A DNA stretch of 63,995 nucleotides, filler included, from a bacterium (lineage in GTDB: Bacteria > UBA9089 > CG2-30-40-21 > SBAY01): NCBI GenBank assembly GCA_040757115.1. It is 8 parts of 8 records of this genome, joined end to end, with 100 filler letters (N's around TTAATTAATTAA, not from the genome) between each part and the next. Parts side by side here need not be neighbours in the genome. Positions count along the whole stretch, not along the records: positions 39,195 to 44,596 come from JBFLYA010000253.1; positions 44,697 to 50,013 come from JBFLYA010000256.1; positions 50,114 to 55,429 come from JBFLYA010000257.1; 5 more parts are not named here. One strand, 5' to 3'. The notes under the pieces are model-generated. The model had not been told where the DNA came from. It saw only the letters and a program-made list of their open reading frames with translations, and searched no databases. Each line of letters begins with the position of its first letter. Position 1 is the first letter of the stretch. Position numbers and translations under genes: made by a program. Of this stretch, positions 40,303 to 51,074 are shown piece by piece.

Positions 40303-40569
40303 ATGGGTAACTATGTCAAGAAAAAGCCATATAGGAAGATGATAGGGATGGGTATTCTTTCCATTGCACTTTATACTGCTTTGCTTATGAAACAAGATAT
40401 TATTAACGATTATTTTACAAGGGGTGGAATCTATGCCTTACTACCGATAATCACGGCGTTTCTTTTTTCTTTTATTCACGGTTTATTTACCGGTAATTTC
40501 TGGACAGTAGTAGGTATAGAGGCGGTTAAAAAAGAAACGAAAAAAAGTGAAGATGAGGGGGAAGATTGA
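40303..40569 (+). CDS. Small membrane protein
   Basis: AGGAGG RBS; two hydrophobic segments; FSFIHG.FTGNFW..VGIEA. Confidence 0.75.
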   Translation: MGNYVKKKPYRKMIGMGILSIALYTALLMKQDIINDYFTRGGIYALLPIITAFLFSFIHGLFTGNFWTVVGIEAVKKETKKSEDEGED

Positions 40570-41615
40570 TTATGCATGAGGTAGTTAATTTTATTAATCT
40601 TGATTTAATAAACATCTTCTATCTATTTAGTCTGGGTTTTGTAGGGGGGCTGGTAAGTGGGTTTATAGGCTCTGGTGGGGCATTTGTGCTAACCCCTGGG
40701 ATGATGAGTCTGGGGGTGCCGGGTTTGGTATCTGTAGCCAGTAATATGTGTCATAAATTTCCCAAAGCACTTGTCGGGGCTATCAAGCGAGCAAGGTATG
40801 GTCAGGTAGATGTTAAACTTGGTCTGATTATGGGTATATCTGCTGAAGCAGGTGTGCTTTATGGTGCTAATATTCAAGAAGGTATTAAAAAAACATTTGG
40901 GGAGGCAGGTTCAAATCTTTACATCAGCATAGTCTTTATTGTAATCCTTGGAATTGTAGGCACATTTGTGCTTCTGGATGCATTAGCGACTTACAAAGAT
41001 AATAGTATCCATCAAGAAGAAAGGTTAACTAAACTTGCCCGTTGGGTGCAATCCATACATATCCCCGGAACAATGATTTACTTTGAGAGTTTAAAGGCAC
41101 GGGTGTCAGTGCTCTTTACCATCCCTCTTGGTTTTGCCACCGGTATGCTTGCCGCTACTATTGCTGTGGGTGGTTTTATTGGTGTTCCGTCAATGATTTA
41201 TATCCTTGGTGCACCGAGTCTTATGGCTTCTGCCACAGAGCTGGTGATAGCCTTTGTCATGGGACTGGGTGGCAGTCTTAAATATGCCTTACATGGAATG
41301 GTCGATATTAGACTGGCAATGATAATTCTTGGCGGCTCACTTTTTGGTATTCATCTGGGTGCTATTGGCACAACCTATGTTAAGCCTTTTATGATTAAAG
41401 TCGTGATGGGGGTGATAATGGTCACTGTCCTTTTTAGCCGCAGTTTGATGATACCAGTTTATCTTGCCCAGCTGGGAATCATTCAGAATATGAGTAAAAT
41501 CACTATGATGTGGCTAAATAATTTGAGCTTTGCCATTATGGCATTAGCCTTGCTTTTAGGTGCCTTTATTATTCTCAAGGCACTCTGGCAGGGATTGACA
41601 GCAGAAAAACGATAG
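40566..41615 (+). CDS. Sulfite exporter TauE/SafE-family permease
   Basis: GFVGGLVSGFIGSGGAFVLTP and a second IAVGGFIGVP repeat. Confidence 0.9.
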   Translation: MIMHEVVNFINLDLINIFYLFSLGFVGGLVSGFIGSGGAFVLTPGMMSLGVPGLVSVASNMCHKFPKALVGAIKRARYGQVDVKLGLIMGISAEAGVLYGANIQEGIKKTFGEAGSNLYISIVFIVILGIVGTFVLLDALATYKDNSIHQEERLTKLARWVQSIHIPGTMIYFESLKARVSVLFTIPLGFATGMLAATIAVGGFIGVPSMIYILGAPSLMASATELVIAFVMGLGGSLKYALHGMVDIRLAMIILGGSLFGIHLGAIGTTYVKPFMIKVVMGVIMVTVLFSRSLMIPVYLAQLGIIQNMSKITMMWLNNLSFAIMALALLLGAFIILKALWQGLTAEKR

Positions 41616-41846
41616 TAACCATTCACCGCAGAGACGCAGAGGAACAGAGAAATAAACCAGATAACAGAAAAGATTATTGAGGCAATCATTGTCCTGCATA
41701 GAACATCAAAACCAAATTGTTAATCAATCATGAGATGTCGGTCCCCAAAAGCTTACACTGATGAAAATTCGTGATGGAATGAAGTGTGTGGTAAATAGTT
41801 TTTATTTTTTTCTCTGCGTCTCTGTGTCTGTGCGGTAAACAGTTAC
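41615..41846. mobile_element. IS66-type-end MITE carrying a GxxExxY 5' remnant
   Basis: GTAACCATTCAC...GTAAACAGTTAC ends; CGCAGAGACGCAGAG/CTCTGCGTCTCTG repeats; EINQITEKIIEAIIVLHRT. Confidence 0.6.
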
Positions 41847-41872
41847 AAATTTTGCTTCTCTGTAATTTTCGG

Positions 41873-43039
41873 TCACCCTTTTTTCATTATAGTTTCTACG
41901 GCGTTTAGTACCTGCTCAACGCTGATTTGTGACATACAAACATTTTCTTTGCAGTTATAGAAATGCCCAATTTTATTGCATCCTCGACATTGGACATTAC
42001 TTTGAATGACAATTGATTCTTTTAGATATGGCCGCCATAATTCTACTACTCCTGGACCGAATAAAGCAATTAGTGGAGTTTTCACGGCACAAGCAAGATG
42101 CATTGGCCCACTATCATGTCCAATAAATAAATCGCTTTTGGCAATGATTGAGGTTAGTTGATAAAGTGTCGTCTTTCCTATTATTGAGATAATATCTTTA
42201 GACCTGGAATTAACTAAAGATAATATTCTATTACCTCTTTCAATATCATTAGAGGCACCTGTCAGAATGATTTTAGTCCTTTTTTTTAAAAGTTCACTAA
42301 TTAACCCGGCAAATTTTTCCACTGACCACAATCTTTCTTTTTGTCTTGCACCAATATGAATAGTAATAAAGGAAATGGTAGTATCGTCTTTAAATTCTTT
42401 TAACAGTTGTGTGGCAAATTTATCGTCTTCTTGAGAAGGGAAAATCTTCAGGTCTTTATCTTTTAAAGGTATATTTAGTTCGGATAAAAAGTTATCGTAA
42501 AACTCCTTCATATAAATATTATGATTAAACGGAATGCCTTTTGTATAAAGTCTGCCCGAACCATCCCGATTAAACCATAACCGCTGGACACCAACCGCAT
42601 TAAATCCAACCCTTTTTGGTGCTCGACTCAAACGGCAAAGCCAGGCAGTCCAATATGTGCCTGATAAATCAATGGCTAAAGCAAAATTAGTCTGGCGTAA
42701 TTGGTTAATAAGTTTAATCTTGCCTGATAAACTTCTATCCTCATAAACGATAACCTCATCAAGGTAAGGGCATTTAGTTGCTAATTCTTTTATTTGCGGA
42801 TGAACCACGGCAATAATTTTTTTATTCTGGAAATGTTCTCTTATCGCAGATTGCATCGTAGAACATAATACGAAATTGCCTATTCCATAGATTTGAATGA
42901 ATAAGATATTATCTGCAGGAATTATAGGGTGAGGTTTTATCTTATCTATAAAAATATATATAAGTCCAGTTATCAAAATAACAAAAAGTTCTACTTCTAA
43001 CCTTAATATTTTTAAAAACCGTTTAATTTTAATGGTCAT
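41873..43039 (-). CDS. Glycosyltransferase family 9 (heptosyltransferase-like)
   Basis: GIGNFVL, IHIGA...W, GHDSGPMHLACA..TP.IALFGP. Confidence 0.92.
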   Translation of the reverse strand: MTIKIKRFLKILRLEVELFVILITGLIYIFIDKIKPHPIIPADNILFIQIYGIGNFVLCSTMQSAIREHFQNKKIIAVVHPQIKELATKCPYLDEVIVYEDRSLSGKIKLINQLRQTNFALAIDLSGTYWTAWLCRLSRAPKRVGFNAVGVQRLWFNRDGSGRLYTKGIPFNHNIYMKEFYDNFLSELNIPLKDKDLKIFPSQEDDKFATQLLKEFKDDTTISFITIHIGARQKERLWSVEKFAGLISELLKKRTKIILTGASNDIERGNRILSLVNSRSKDIISIIGKTTLYQLTSIIAKSDLFIGHDSGPMHLACAVKTPLIALFGPGVVELWRPYLKESIVIQSNVQCRGCNKIGHFYNCKENVCMSQISVEQVLNAVETIMKKG

Positions 43040-43326
43040 CTTTATATTAGTTTTGTGAGGTAACTATTCAGCCCCAGATGGACACGGATGAAACACTGAA
43101 AATTCGTAAATCGTGTCCGTTTTCCGTGTCCGTGTAATCAGGTTGAAGGCTGAAGAGTTCTTCTGAAAATCGGGACTCGGGACTCGGGGTTCGGGACTCG
43201 AGAAGGCTGGTAGCCGCAGGCTTCAGCCTGATTTCACCTGAACCATCAAACCATCAAACCCATTTTCATCCCCCTTTGTGCCCACTCCCTGTGGGCATGA
43301 GCGTTTCTCCTTCTAACTTTTATTTT

Positions 43327-44358
43327 CTATCCTTCTTGATTCTCTGCCACTTCTTTCACTGGCTTTATTATTCTTACACCTGTAGTCTCAGCGGAAAATA
43401 TCCACCAACTACCACAATTCTTACAAAGAGGGATATTATTATATTTTGCCTCAAGGTGCATCTGGCGTAACTGGTGAAATTTTGTCCCCTGCCATAGTTC
43501 TTCAATCGTATTTTTAGTTACATTCCCCATCAAGCACTTACCATGAAAATCTTTACAGCATACAGGCACATCCCCATTCCAATAAATCACCATTTGCTGC
43601 CACAAATACTGACAGGGCTTCCGATTATTTTCTGGAAAAGAAACTCTTCTATCCTCTACCTGTCCAGCCAGAGTATCATAATCTCTAATCTGAATGTAAT
43701 CAGTATCATTTAAAAAATGCCTCCACATATCAATAAAACTCTCTATCTCGGTGACATTATCTTTCATCCTTATGAAAGAAATAACTGCCTGAGGACTTTG
43801 AGTTCCTATCTCTTTTTTTAATTGGAGAAATCTCCTCACATTGGTAGTAACCAGAGCAAAATCTCCTCCTTCTCGTAGTTTCTGATATGTTTTTTGGGTA
43901 GCCGCATCCACAGAGAATACTATTACATCCAATCCAGAAGAGATTATTTGTTTGGAGATTCCTTCATCAAGAAGCATACAGTTAGTCCCAACACACACCC
44001 TTTCTATTCCCCTGGTCTTAGCATACTGAATCATCTCTATTAGCTGCGGATGGAGTAAAGGTTCTCCATCGCCTGTGAGATAAAGGGAAGAAACATATTG
44101 GTGAGAGATTTCATCTACAAGCCTTTTATACAAACCAAACTCCATATTTCCAATCTTTCTTTGTAACCGCGGTCGGCAACACATAAGACACTTAAGATTA
44201 CACAAATTGGTAATCTCAATAGATATTTGAAAGGGAAAAGGAAGTACCTTCTGGAGTTTCTCTCTTACTTCTTTTTCATTAACCCCTTGAGAGTCCCACC
44301 ATATCTTCTTAATTTCTCTGATATAATCCCATACTTTCTGGTCTCTTTCCAAAGTCAA
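43327..44358 (-). CDS. Radical SAM/SPASM-domain protein
   Basis: CNLKCLMC, GEPLLHP, C..LW...I.WNGDV.VCC.D...GN...C..C. Confidence 0.92.
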   Translation of the reverse strand: MTLERDQKVWDYIREIKKIWWDSQGVNEKEVREKLQKVLPFPFQISIEITNLCNLKCLMCCRPRLQRKIGNMEFGLYKRLVDEISHQYVSSLYLTGDGEPLLHPQLIEMIQYAKTRGIERVCVGTNCMLLDEGISKQIISSGLDVIVFSVDAATQKTYQKLREGGDFALVTTNVRRFLQLKKEIGTQSPQAVISFIRMKDNVTEIESFIDMWRHFLNDTDYIQIRDYDTLAGQVEDRRVSFPENNRKPCQYLWQQMVIYWNGDVPVCCKDFHGKCLMGNVTKNTIEELWQGTKFHQLRQMHLEAKYNNIPLCKNCGSWWIFSAETTGVRIIKPVKEVAENQEG

Positions 44359-45058
44359 AATCTCCTTCCTATTTAAATTTTGTCAGTGTCTTTGAAAGAT
44401 AATATATCACAAATTGTAAGCGTTCAGGTGGTGTAACAAAAGGAGATGTGGAGGGGAGATATTATTAAGAAAATTGAAATTAATAGAAACTAATAGAAAT
44501 TTATGGAAATTTGTTGTTTTCCACAATCAATTTCTACCTATTTCTATAAATTTCAATCTATTTCTATTATCTTATCTCCATATCACTCTTATCTCCNNNN
44601 NNNNNNNNNNNNNNNNNNNNNNNNNNNNNNNNNNNNNNNNTTAATTAATTAANNNNNNNNNNNNNNNNNNNNNNNNNNNNNNNNNNNNNNNNNNNNCACA
44701 ATCAATTTCTACCTATTTCTATAAATTTCAATCTATTTCTATTATCTTATCTCCATATCACTCTTATCTCCTTATCCCCTTTCTTACACTTTTGATATAT
44801 AGCCTGAACGGTTACATTTTTTTAAAAAAATGCTTGACAAAATTTATTAATATGCTATTATATAATCATAAAGGATTAGGAATTAAATTCCCCTTTCAAT
44901 TGTAGATAGGAATCAGAAAGAAGAGATATTGCTATATCTTATTGAAAATCAAATGCTTGTGCTAAATTTCGCCTTTAAATAGAGGGGAAGTTCCATTACA
45001 ATTTCCAATGCTATTTAACCATTCCTTCTAATGGCTAAATAGTTATGAAAGGAATATA

Positions 45059-45592
45059 ATGTGGTCTAAGATAAAACGATTCTTTTTTACAGGAAGTATT
45101 AAAGATAAGTTATCCGAGTTATCGAATGACATAAATTATAAGATTGGAAACTCTAAACACGAGATAATAGAAGAAGTAGGGGAGATAAAGAAAGCTCTTC
45201 GTAAACAGGGGCTTTTTGTAGAGATGTTCAAAGAAGAGATTCTTGAACGGCTATCAGAAAAGGAATTTACCGAAAGAAAAGAGGATATCGAAAGGTTTAT
45301 TGATTTATCCGATGCCTTTTTCCATCTACAGGCAACTCTAACAGACAATCTTCCTTTGCAACAAACCTGGCTTGAAGTTATGGCTATTGTTCGGCAAAAG
45401 ATAGACTCTTTGCTTGAAACGGTTGGGCTGTCAATTGTATGTCAGACAGAGGTAGAATTTAACCCTTCCCTTCATAACGCTGTAGAGAGACTCTCTCAAG
45501 ATACTTCTCCTCTGCTGGTAGAAAGGGTTATTCAACCGGGCTATTTCTATAAACAGAAACTGATCCGACCAGCAAAGGTTGTGGTTAGATAA
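45059..45592 (+). CDS. GrpE-like nucleotide exchange factor (divergent)
   Basis: FNPSLHNAV...VIQPGY....LIRPAKVVV C-terminal GrpE motif. Confidence 0.85.
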   Translation: MWSKIKRFFFTGSIKDKLSELSNDINYKIGNSKHEIIEEVGEIKKALRKQGLFVEMFKEEILERLSEKEFTERKEDIERFIDLSDAFFHLQATLTDNLPLQQTWLEVMAIVRQKIDSLLETVGLSIVCQTEVEFNPSLHNAVERLSQDTSPLLVERVIQPGYFYKQKLIRPAKVVVR

Positions 45593-45595
45593 TTT

Positions 45596-45662
45596 GTAAG
45601 TATTCAGAGTGTAATATAAGGAAAGAGGTTATTTTTCCTATTTACACTACCTGAACGATTAC
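45596..45662. mobile_element. Minimal 67-bp IS66-type-end MITE
   Basis: GTAAGTATTCAG...CTGAACGATTAC. Confidence 0.55.
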
Positions 45663-45685
45663 AAAAAAACAAGGAGGGATATTTT

Positions 45686-47404
45686 ATGAAAGAACCAATG
45701 TGTGGGATAGATCTGGGGACTACAAATTCTTGCATTGCTTATCTTAAAGACGGGAAATCTGTTCCCATAGAGATTGAAGATGGTCTGGCAATTGTTCCAT
45801 CAGTAGTCAGTCTTGATGAAGCAACAGGCCATATATTCGTTGGAAAACAAGCCAAAAATAGACTTATGGCATTTCCGGGAGCTACAGTCAGGTCAATAAA
45901 GCGTCAGATGGGAAAGGAGATAAAGGTATCCATTGGCGCAAAATCCTTTTCCCCTGAAGAAATATCTTCTTTTATCCTTAAATACTTAGTTGATAAGGCA
46001 TCTGCTAAACTTGGCCAGGATATTAAAAAGGTAGTAATTACGGTGCCGGCATATTTTAATGATGCCCAGCGTCGTGCAACTATATCTGCTGGAGAATTAG
46101 CAGGGCTTGAGGTACTGAGGATAATTAATGAACCTACCGCCGCCTCCCTTGTTTATGACTATGTATCCTTTATTGAAAAGGTAGAAAGCCCATATATCAT
46201 GGTCTATGACCTTGGTGGTGGCACATTCGATGTCTCCATCCTTGAGATAAAAGGAGAAATTAAGGAAGTGCTTGCATCTTGTGGAGATACTGCTCTGGGT
46301 GGGGATGACTTTGATGAAAGGTTGGTAGCCTACTTTCTCGCTCAGATAAGGAGAAAAACCGGGCTTGAACTATCGGATACCAACCTCCCCTGGCATATCA
46401 GGTTGAAGGAAATAGCAGAAAAAACCAAAATCGCATTATCGGATAGCCCTTATGTCACTGTTCAGGAGGTAGCTGTAGCAATTGTCAATGGAGAACCTGT
46501 AAATCTCGATATTGAGGTGAGCCGTAAGGAATATGAAGAGATGATAAGTGACCTTGTTGATAAAACGATTGTAAAGGTCAATGAGGCAATAAGTGAGGCA
46601 CACCTTTCAATTGATGCTATTGGAGAGGTTTTACTTGTTGGTGGAGCGACTCGAACTCCGCTTATCCAGGAAAGATTGTCCGAAATATTTAAGAGACCAA
46701 TCTATCACTCTGTTGACCCTGACCTTTGCGTGGGATTAGGTGCGGCTGTCCAGAACGGCCTTATAGCAGGAGAAGATGTCGGTCATATCCTCCTCGATGT
46801 TACAGCCCATTCTTTAGGGGTAAAGACGGCGGATGATTTTTGTGAGACAACGGGAGAAGCGAACTATTTTTCCACTATCATCCGTAGAAATACCAAAATA
46901 CCCGTCAGGAAGTCTGATGTCTATTTTACCATGGTTGACGAACAGGAAGTTGTAAGGGTAGAGGTATATCAGGGTGAAAGCCAGTCATGTAAAGAAAACT
47001 CTCGGGTAGGGAAATTTATCTTCGAACTCAAGCCTGCACCTGCTGATTCACCAGTAATTACAGAATTTGCTTATGACAAAGAAGGTCTTGTGCATATAAC
47101 TGTGGAACAAAAAGGCTACAATAATAAGAAAACAGTCACGCTGAATGTCCGTAGTAAAGAGATAGTTGACAGACAGGGAAAAGAAGAAAAGCAAGAAATA
47201 CTGAATTATATATTACAAAAGGCTCGAAGACTAATGAAAGATGAAAAATTGCCTGCTAACTTAAGAAAGGAGATTGAACTTCTGGGGAATGATTATGAAG
47301 ATGCACTTAGAAGCGGTGGCGATAAAATGATAGATGACCTGGAAGATAACCTTCTGAATAAAATAGAAAAGGCTGAAGAAAGGCTTACTGAAGATAATGA
47401 ATAA
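45686..47404 (+). CDS. Hsp70-family protein (DnaK paralog, HscC-like)
   Basis: GIDLGTTNS, TVPAYF, IINEPTAA, YDLGGGTFD, LLVGGATRTP, LLDVT linker; short lid. Confidence 0.95.
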   Translation: MKEPMCGIDLGTTNSCIAYLKDGKSVPIEIEDGLAIVPSVVSLDEATGHIFVGKQAKNRLMAFPGATVRSIKRQMGKEIKVSIGAKSFSPEEISSFILKYLVDKASAKLGQDIKKVVITVPAYFNDAQRRATISAGELAGLEVLRIINEPTAASLVYDYVSFIEKVESPYIMVYDLGGGTFDVSILEIKGEIKEVLASCGDTALGGDDFDERLVAYFLAQIRRKTGLELSDTNLPWHIRLKEIAEKTKIALSDSPYVTVQEVAVAIVNGEPVNLDIEVSRKEYEEMISDLVDKTIVKVNEAISEAHLSIDAIGEVLLVGGATRTPLIQERLSEIFKRPIYHSVDPDLCVGLGAAVQNGLIAGEDVGHILLDVTAHSLGVKTADDFCETTGEANYFSTIIRRNTKIPVRKSDVYFTMVDEQEVVRVEVYQGESQSCKENSRVGKFIFELKPAPADSPVITEFAYDKEGLVHITVEQKGYNNKKTVTLNVRSKEIVDRQGKEEKQEILNYILQKARRLMKDEKLPANLRKEIELLGNDYEDALRSGGDKMIDDLEDNLLNKIEKAEERLTEDNE

Positions 47405-49334
47405 AGGACAACGAAGACGGTTACAAAAGGAAAGGGGAAAACTTCTCTCATCAGGACATTACTGGGAGTGGCTTCAGTCTCTGGAGAAAACAGGTTACCG
47501 TGAGTTTCTTCCTAAAGAGTGGAAAGAGGTATGGAGTATGCTGGCCAGGCGAGCAGTGCGTCTCCCTGCCAGTCTAAACGAATTCTTCAAGAATATTCAG
47601 AGAATCAGCCGTTATCCTGAGCTGATGGAGATTAAATTCCTTCTCCTGTTGAAGGATTTTATCGAAAAGGATATATCAGCAGATGCATTCTCCCAGATAA
47701 AAGGGCTCCCTTTTCCTGCAGAAGAAATCCGCAAAAAAGTAATCACCTGGAACGACCGCCTTTTTGAAGAAAAGAGATTTAGAGAACTCCTGACTACCTT
47801 TGTAAGCCAACCAGATAAAGTGACAAAGGAGCACTTTTCAAAACTTGCCGCATTGACAGAAAAAACCTTATTATATTCGCCCATTCAAAGGCTTTCAGAA
47901 TTCGTAGGGGAAAAGGGTGTATCAATAAGAAATTTAAGTGTCATTGACTCCCTCTTAAATCAACTCTCCGAAGAGCTCCCGTCTCCCCTTCAGCAACTCC
48001 TTTTCTGTCCTTATCTATATTACATAAATAATTATCTCCAGGATATTGTAGAACACGGCGACTATATGAGACTGGCAGAGATTGTTTCTGACATTCCTTT
48101 TATCTTTCCTTTGATTACGGGTAAAAAAACAGAAAAGGCATTAGCCAAACTTGCAGAGATTAACCTTGAGACAATGGATGATACCTTTCTATCACGGAAA
48201 GTATTGGAGGCGACATTAGAAGAGAAAGTAACACTTATAGCCAATATGCGACATTTAATAAAGGATGAATATTTGGAAGAGAAATATTTACCTTACCTGA
48301 GGACACTTTACCAGGGGCTTTTGAGGGATATAGTTAAAAAGAAGCCATCTCTCTCTGAACGGGAACGGAGAGAACTCCCAAAGATTATGGGGCGTATCCT
48401 GCAGAACGATATCCATTTCTTGTATAGAACCACAAATGAATTGACTGACATCCTGAGTTTAATTAGCAAAAGTGGCTGTTTAGATACAAGACTTGCCCTT
48501 CTCTCACTTATCTCTGCTGAAATGAATAGGGACAAAAACCTCAAACAAGAGGCAGAATCTGTTCTAAAAGGGGTGTCCAATATAACTAAGGAAGATATCA
48601 GGTGGCTTTTTGAAAAAAGCCCTGCACCTATCTACCCCTATGTCAGCACATTAAAACCATTGATTGAACTTTATGGAAAGGAAGAGGCTATTACGAAAGA
48701 GATTCATGCCCATCTTTTTTCTTTGATTCAAAAGTCTCTTTTCAGGAGTTCTGCAATAAAAGAGTCTCAAAGACTTCTTCCCTCCTTTCTAACCAGAGAT
48801 GAGTTATATGAGCTCAAGGAGGAATTCTCCGTCCTGAGAGAAGAATTTTTGCTTCTTAAAGGATATCCGCAATTTTTACTGTTGTCAGAGTATCTCTCTT
48901 GTTTTCCAGACAATTTTTTTACAGGGGAGGGATACTACAAATATCTCAATCTTGTTTATAGTAAAAAAGGGATTATCGGCATAATTGATATATATGAAGA
49001 TATTTCAAGGGTATCGATGGAGACAAAAGATGTCGGTTTCCCACCTTTTTCCTCTGTATCACATATCGTAGATTCACAACACATGATTTGCAACAGCGTT
49101 TTAAAGGAGCATATATCAGACCTGAATACAGTTAAACTGGAAGAACTTCAAAGGATTTATAACATTATTAATTCTATGGAAAAAGTTAACAGTGATTTAT
49201 TGATACGATTCAATAATGTGCTGAATTATCGGTATAACAAGGGAGAGAAAGAGGTTGAAGTGCTGAAAGATGCTGTCTATAATATGTTGAGGCAATTAAA
49301 TAAGAAAGATAAAAAAAGGAAGAAGAAAAGATGA
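47397..49334 (+). CDS. Hypothetical alpha-helical protein (645 aa)
   Basis: Long ORF overlapping both neighbours (translational coupling); basic N- and C-termini. Confidence 0.85.
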   Translation: MNKGQRRRLQKERGKLLSSGHYWEWLQSLEKTGYREFLPKEWKEVWSMLARRAVRLPASLNEFFKNIQRISRYPELMEIKFLLLLKDFIEKDISADAFSQIKGLPFPAEEIRKKVITWNDRLFEEKRFRELLTTFVSQPDKVTKEHFSKLAALTEKTLLYSPIQRLSEFVGEKGVSIRNLSVIDSLLNQLSEELPSPLQQLLFCPYLYYINNYLQDIVEHGDYMRLAEIVSDIPFIFPLITGKKTEKALAKLAEINLETMDDTFLSRKVLEATLEEKVTLIANMRHLIKDEYLEEKYLPYLRTLYQGLLRDIVKKKPSLSERERRELPKIMGRILQNDIHFLYRTTNELTDILSLISKSGCLDTRLALLSLISAEMNRDKNLKQEAESVLKGVSNITKEDIRWLFEKSPAPIYPYVSTLKPLIELYGKEEAITKEIHAHLFSLIQKSLFRSSAIKESQRLLPSFLTRDELYELKEEFSVLREEFLLLKGYPQFLLLSEYLSCFPDNFFTGEGYYKYLNLVYSKKGIIGIIDIYEDISRVSMETKDVGFPPFSSVSHIVDSQHMICNSVLKEHISDLNTVKLEELQRIYNIINSMEKVNSDLLIRFNNVLNYRYNKGEKEVEVLKDAVYNMLRQLNKKDKKRKKKR

Positions 49335-49663
49335 CAAAAGAAGAGGCATTAAAGGAACTGGGGTTAGAACCCTCTGCGGCAGGAGAGGAGATAGAGAAGA
49401 CATACCATAAGCTTGTCAGACGCTATCCGCCGGAGTTTCATCCAGACAAATTCAGAAGGATTGATGAGGCATACCGTTTCCTAACATCTTTTTCAGCTAT
49501 GCTTGAGCGTCTTTTGTCTTTTCAAACACAGTCGCATACTTTAGATAAGGAATTGTTCGCTTTTAATGTAGAACCGCCTGCCGGTATGATTGAAGAAGGG
49601 ATAAAGGAATTAAAGAAGGCGATAAAAATGGCTCACTTATGGAATGTTGTTGATTCTCGATGA
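49331..49663 (+). CDS. J-domain-like protein
   Basis: EALKELGL...A..EEI.K.Y.KLVRRYPPEFHPDKF.RI.EAY..L. Confidence 0.85.
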   Translation: MTKEEALKELGLEPSAAGEEIEKTYHKLVRRYPPEFHPDKFRRIDEAYRFLTSFSAMLERLLSFQTQSHTLDKELFAFNVEPPAGMIEEGIKELKKAIKMAHLWNVVDSR

Positions 49664-49747
49664 ATTTTGGTGTAAGAAAAGGAGATAAGGAGATAGGGAG
49701 ATTATGGAGATTGCCATCTTCATCCGTATCTCTCAAATAAAAAAATT

Positions 49748-50010
49748 CGACCTGTGCGGTTAGAAATTACAAGTAAATTTCCTCAAACCTGAAAGGTTTG
49801 ATTTTTACATAACCGTAGATAAAATCTACGGAGAGAAGAAAATCTCCTGCTTACTACTCAACCCTGAAAGGGTTGAATTCTAACCATGGATTACATTCGA
49901 CCCTTTCAGGGTCGAGTTTTGCGGGCGTTTATTTCCGTAGATTGCATCTACGGTTATTTAAAATTCGACGCTTTCAGCGTCAATAACCTAAAACCTAACC
50001 GCACAGGTCG
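49748..50010. mobile_element. CGACCTGTGCG-end MITE with a different interior (CCCTGAAAGGG palindromes)
   Basis: CGACCTGTGCGGTTAG...CTAACCGCACAGGTCG; left flank AAAAAATT, right flank begins AAA and then hits the gap. Confidence 0.75.
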
Positions 50011-50644
50011 AAANNNNNNNNNNNNNNNNNNNNNNNNNNNNNNNNNNNNNNNNNNNNTTAATTAATTAANNNNNNNNNNNNNNNNNNNNNNNNNNNNNNN
50101 NNNNNNNNNNNNNGAGGGGTATGAGGGTCGGAGGGGTATGAGGGTCGCATCTTGAATTGTGAATTATCTCTGTTCGACCCTTCTCCCTCTTAACTCTCTA
50201 TATTTTTAGACAATTATGTCCATTTGGCTTGCCTTCCCTTATTTCTTATGATAAAATGGGAAAAAATAGAATATGAAAATTCTACCTCATCCTTCATTTA
50301 ATGTCCCATAGGGACAATATATCGGTAAATGGCTTTCCACAAATTTTCTACCAATATATCGTTCCTACGGAACTGATTGATTTATCTATCTATTCCTACC
50401 GATATTATGTTCCTAACGGAACGATTATTCTCATACCTTATTTATGGGTATTATCCTATGTAAACTTCCAGTTAATAACCGCTATAATTGGTTATTTGGA
50501 TGCATTATTTCCCTCCCCAATTTAAAACTTAGTATTGGGTTAAGTAAGTTCTTTCACAGTTTAAGGGATATACCATTACAAGATGTGTTCCCTTCCATCT
50601 CTCCATCATTTATCTTTGACCATACCTCTATCTTTTGCTTAAAA

Positions 50645-50718
50645 GGAATGTTGGGGTCAGACCGTGAATGTTGAATGTAGAAGAAACTGCTTTCTACATT
50701 CAAGGTCTGACCCTAATC
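50645..50718. repeat. 74-bp palindromic REP-like element, identical copy at 51878-51951
   Basis: GGGTCAGACC...TTGAATGTAGAA-GAAACTGCT-TTCTACATTCAA-GGTCTGACCC. Confidence 0.9.
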
Positions 50719-50768
50719 TTATCTTTATCGCCCCACCGTTTTAATTTAAAAATTATTTCACAAAAAGT

Positions 50769-50797
50769 TTGACTTTTTTGATTAAATTAAGTATAAT
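50769..50797 (+). promoter_or_regulatory. Sigma70 promoter
   Basis: TTGACT-17-TATAAT. Confidence 0.75.
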
Positions 50798-50879
50798 ACA
50801 GGTATGTTGAAACATTTTGGATAAAAAATTGTAACCTGTGCAGGTAACTTTAGACCTGTGTCCGAAAAGGAGATTGAAG

Positions 50880-51074
50880 ATGAAGGAACTTTTTAAAAAC
50901 AGACCATATTTGGAAGGAAATATGATTGAAGAAGAAACTTTAGATTGGTACAATATGTCTCCTGTAGAACGTTTTATTGAATCTCAGAAACTATGGGAGG
51001 TCTTTGTGCTTCTTGGAGGAAATTATGAGCCAGAGCCCGATAGCCAGAGTCCTTTCCACTTTTTTAAAACATAA
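50880..51074 (+). CDS. Small partner (antitoxin-like) protein
   Basis: AGGAG RBS; W..MSP.ERF.ES.KLW...GG...PEPD.QSPF motif; overlaps the next gene. Confidence 0.75.
   Translation: MKELFKNRPYLEGNMIEEETLDWYNMSPVERFIESQKLWEVFVLLGGNYEPEPDSQSPFHFFKT

Noticed and set aside
44416-44815. Apparent overlap across the gap suggesting true adjacency of the radical SAM and Hsp70 contigs
   Set aside because: The overlap lies wholly within a high-copy MITE and the outer flanks do not form an 8-bp duplication
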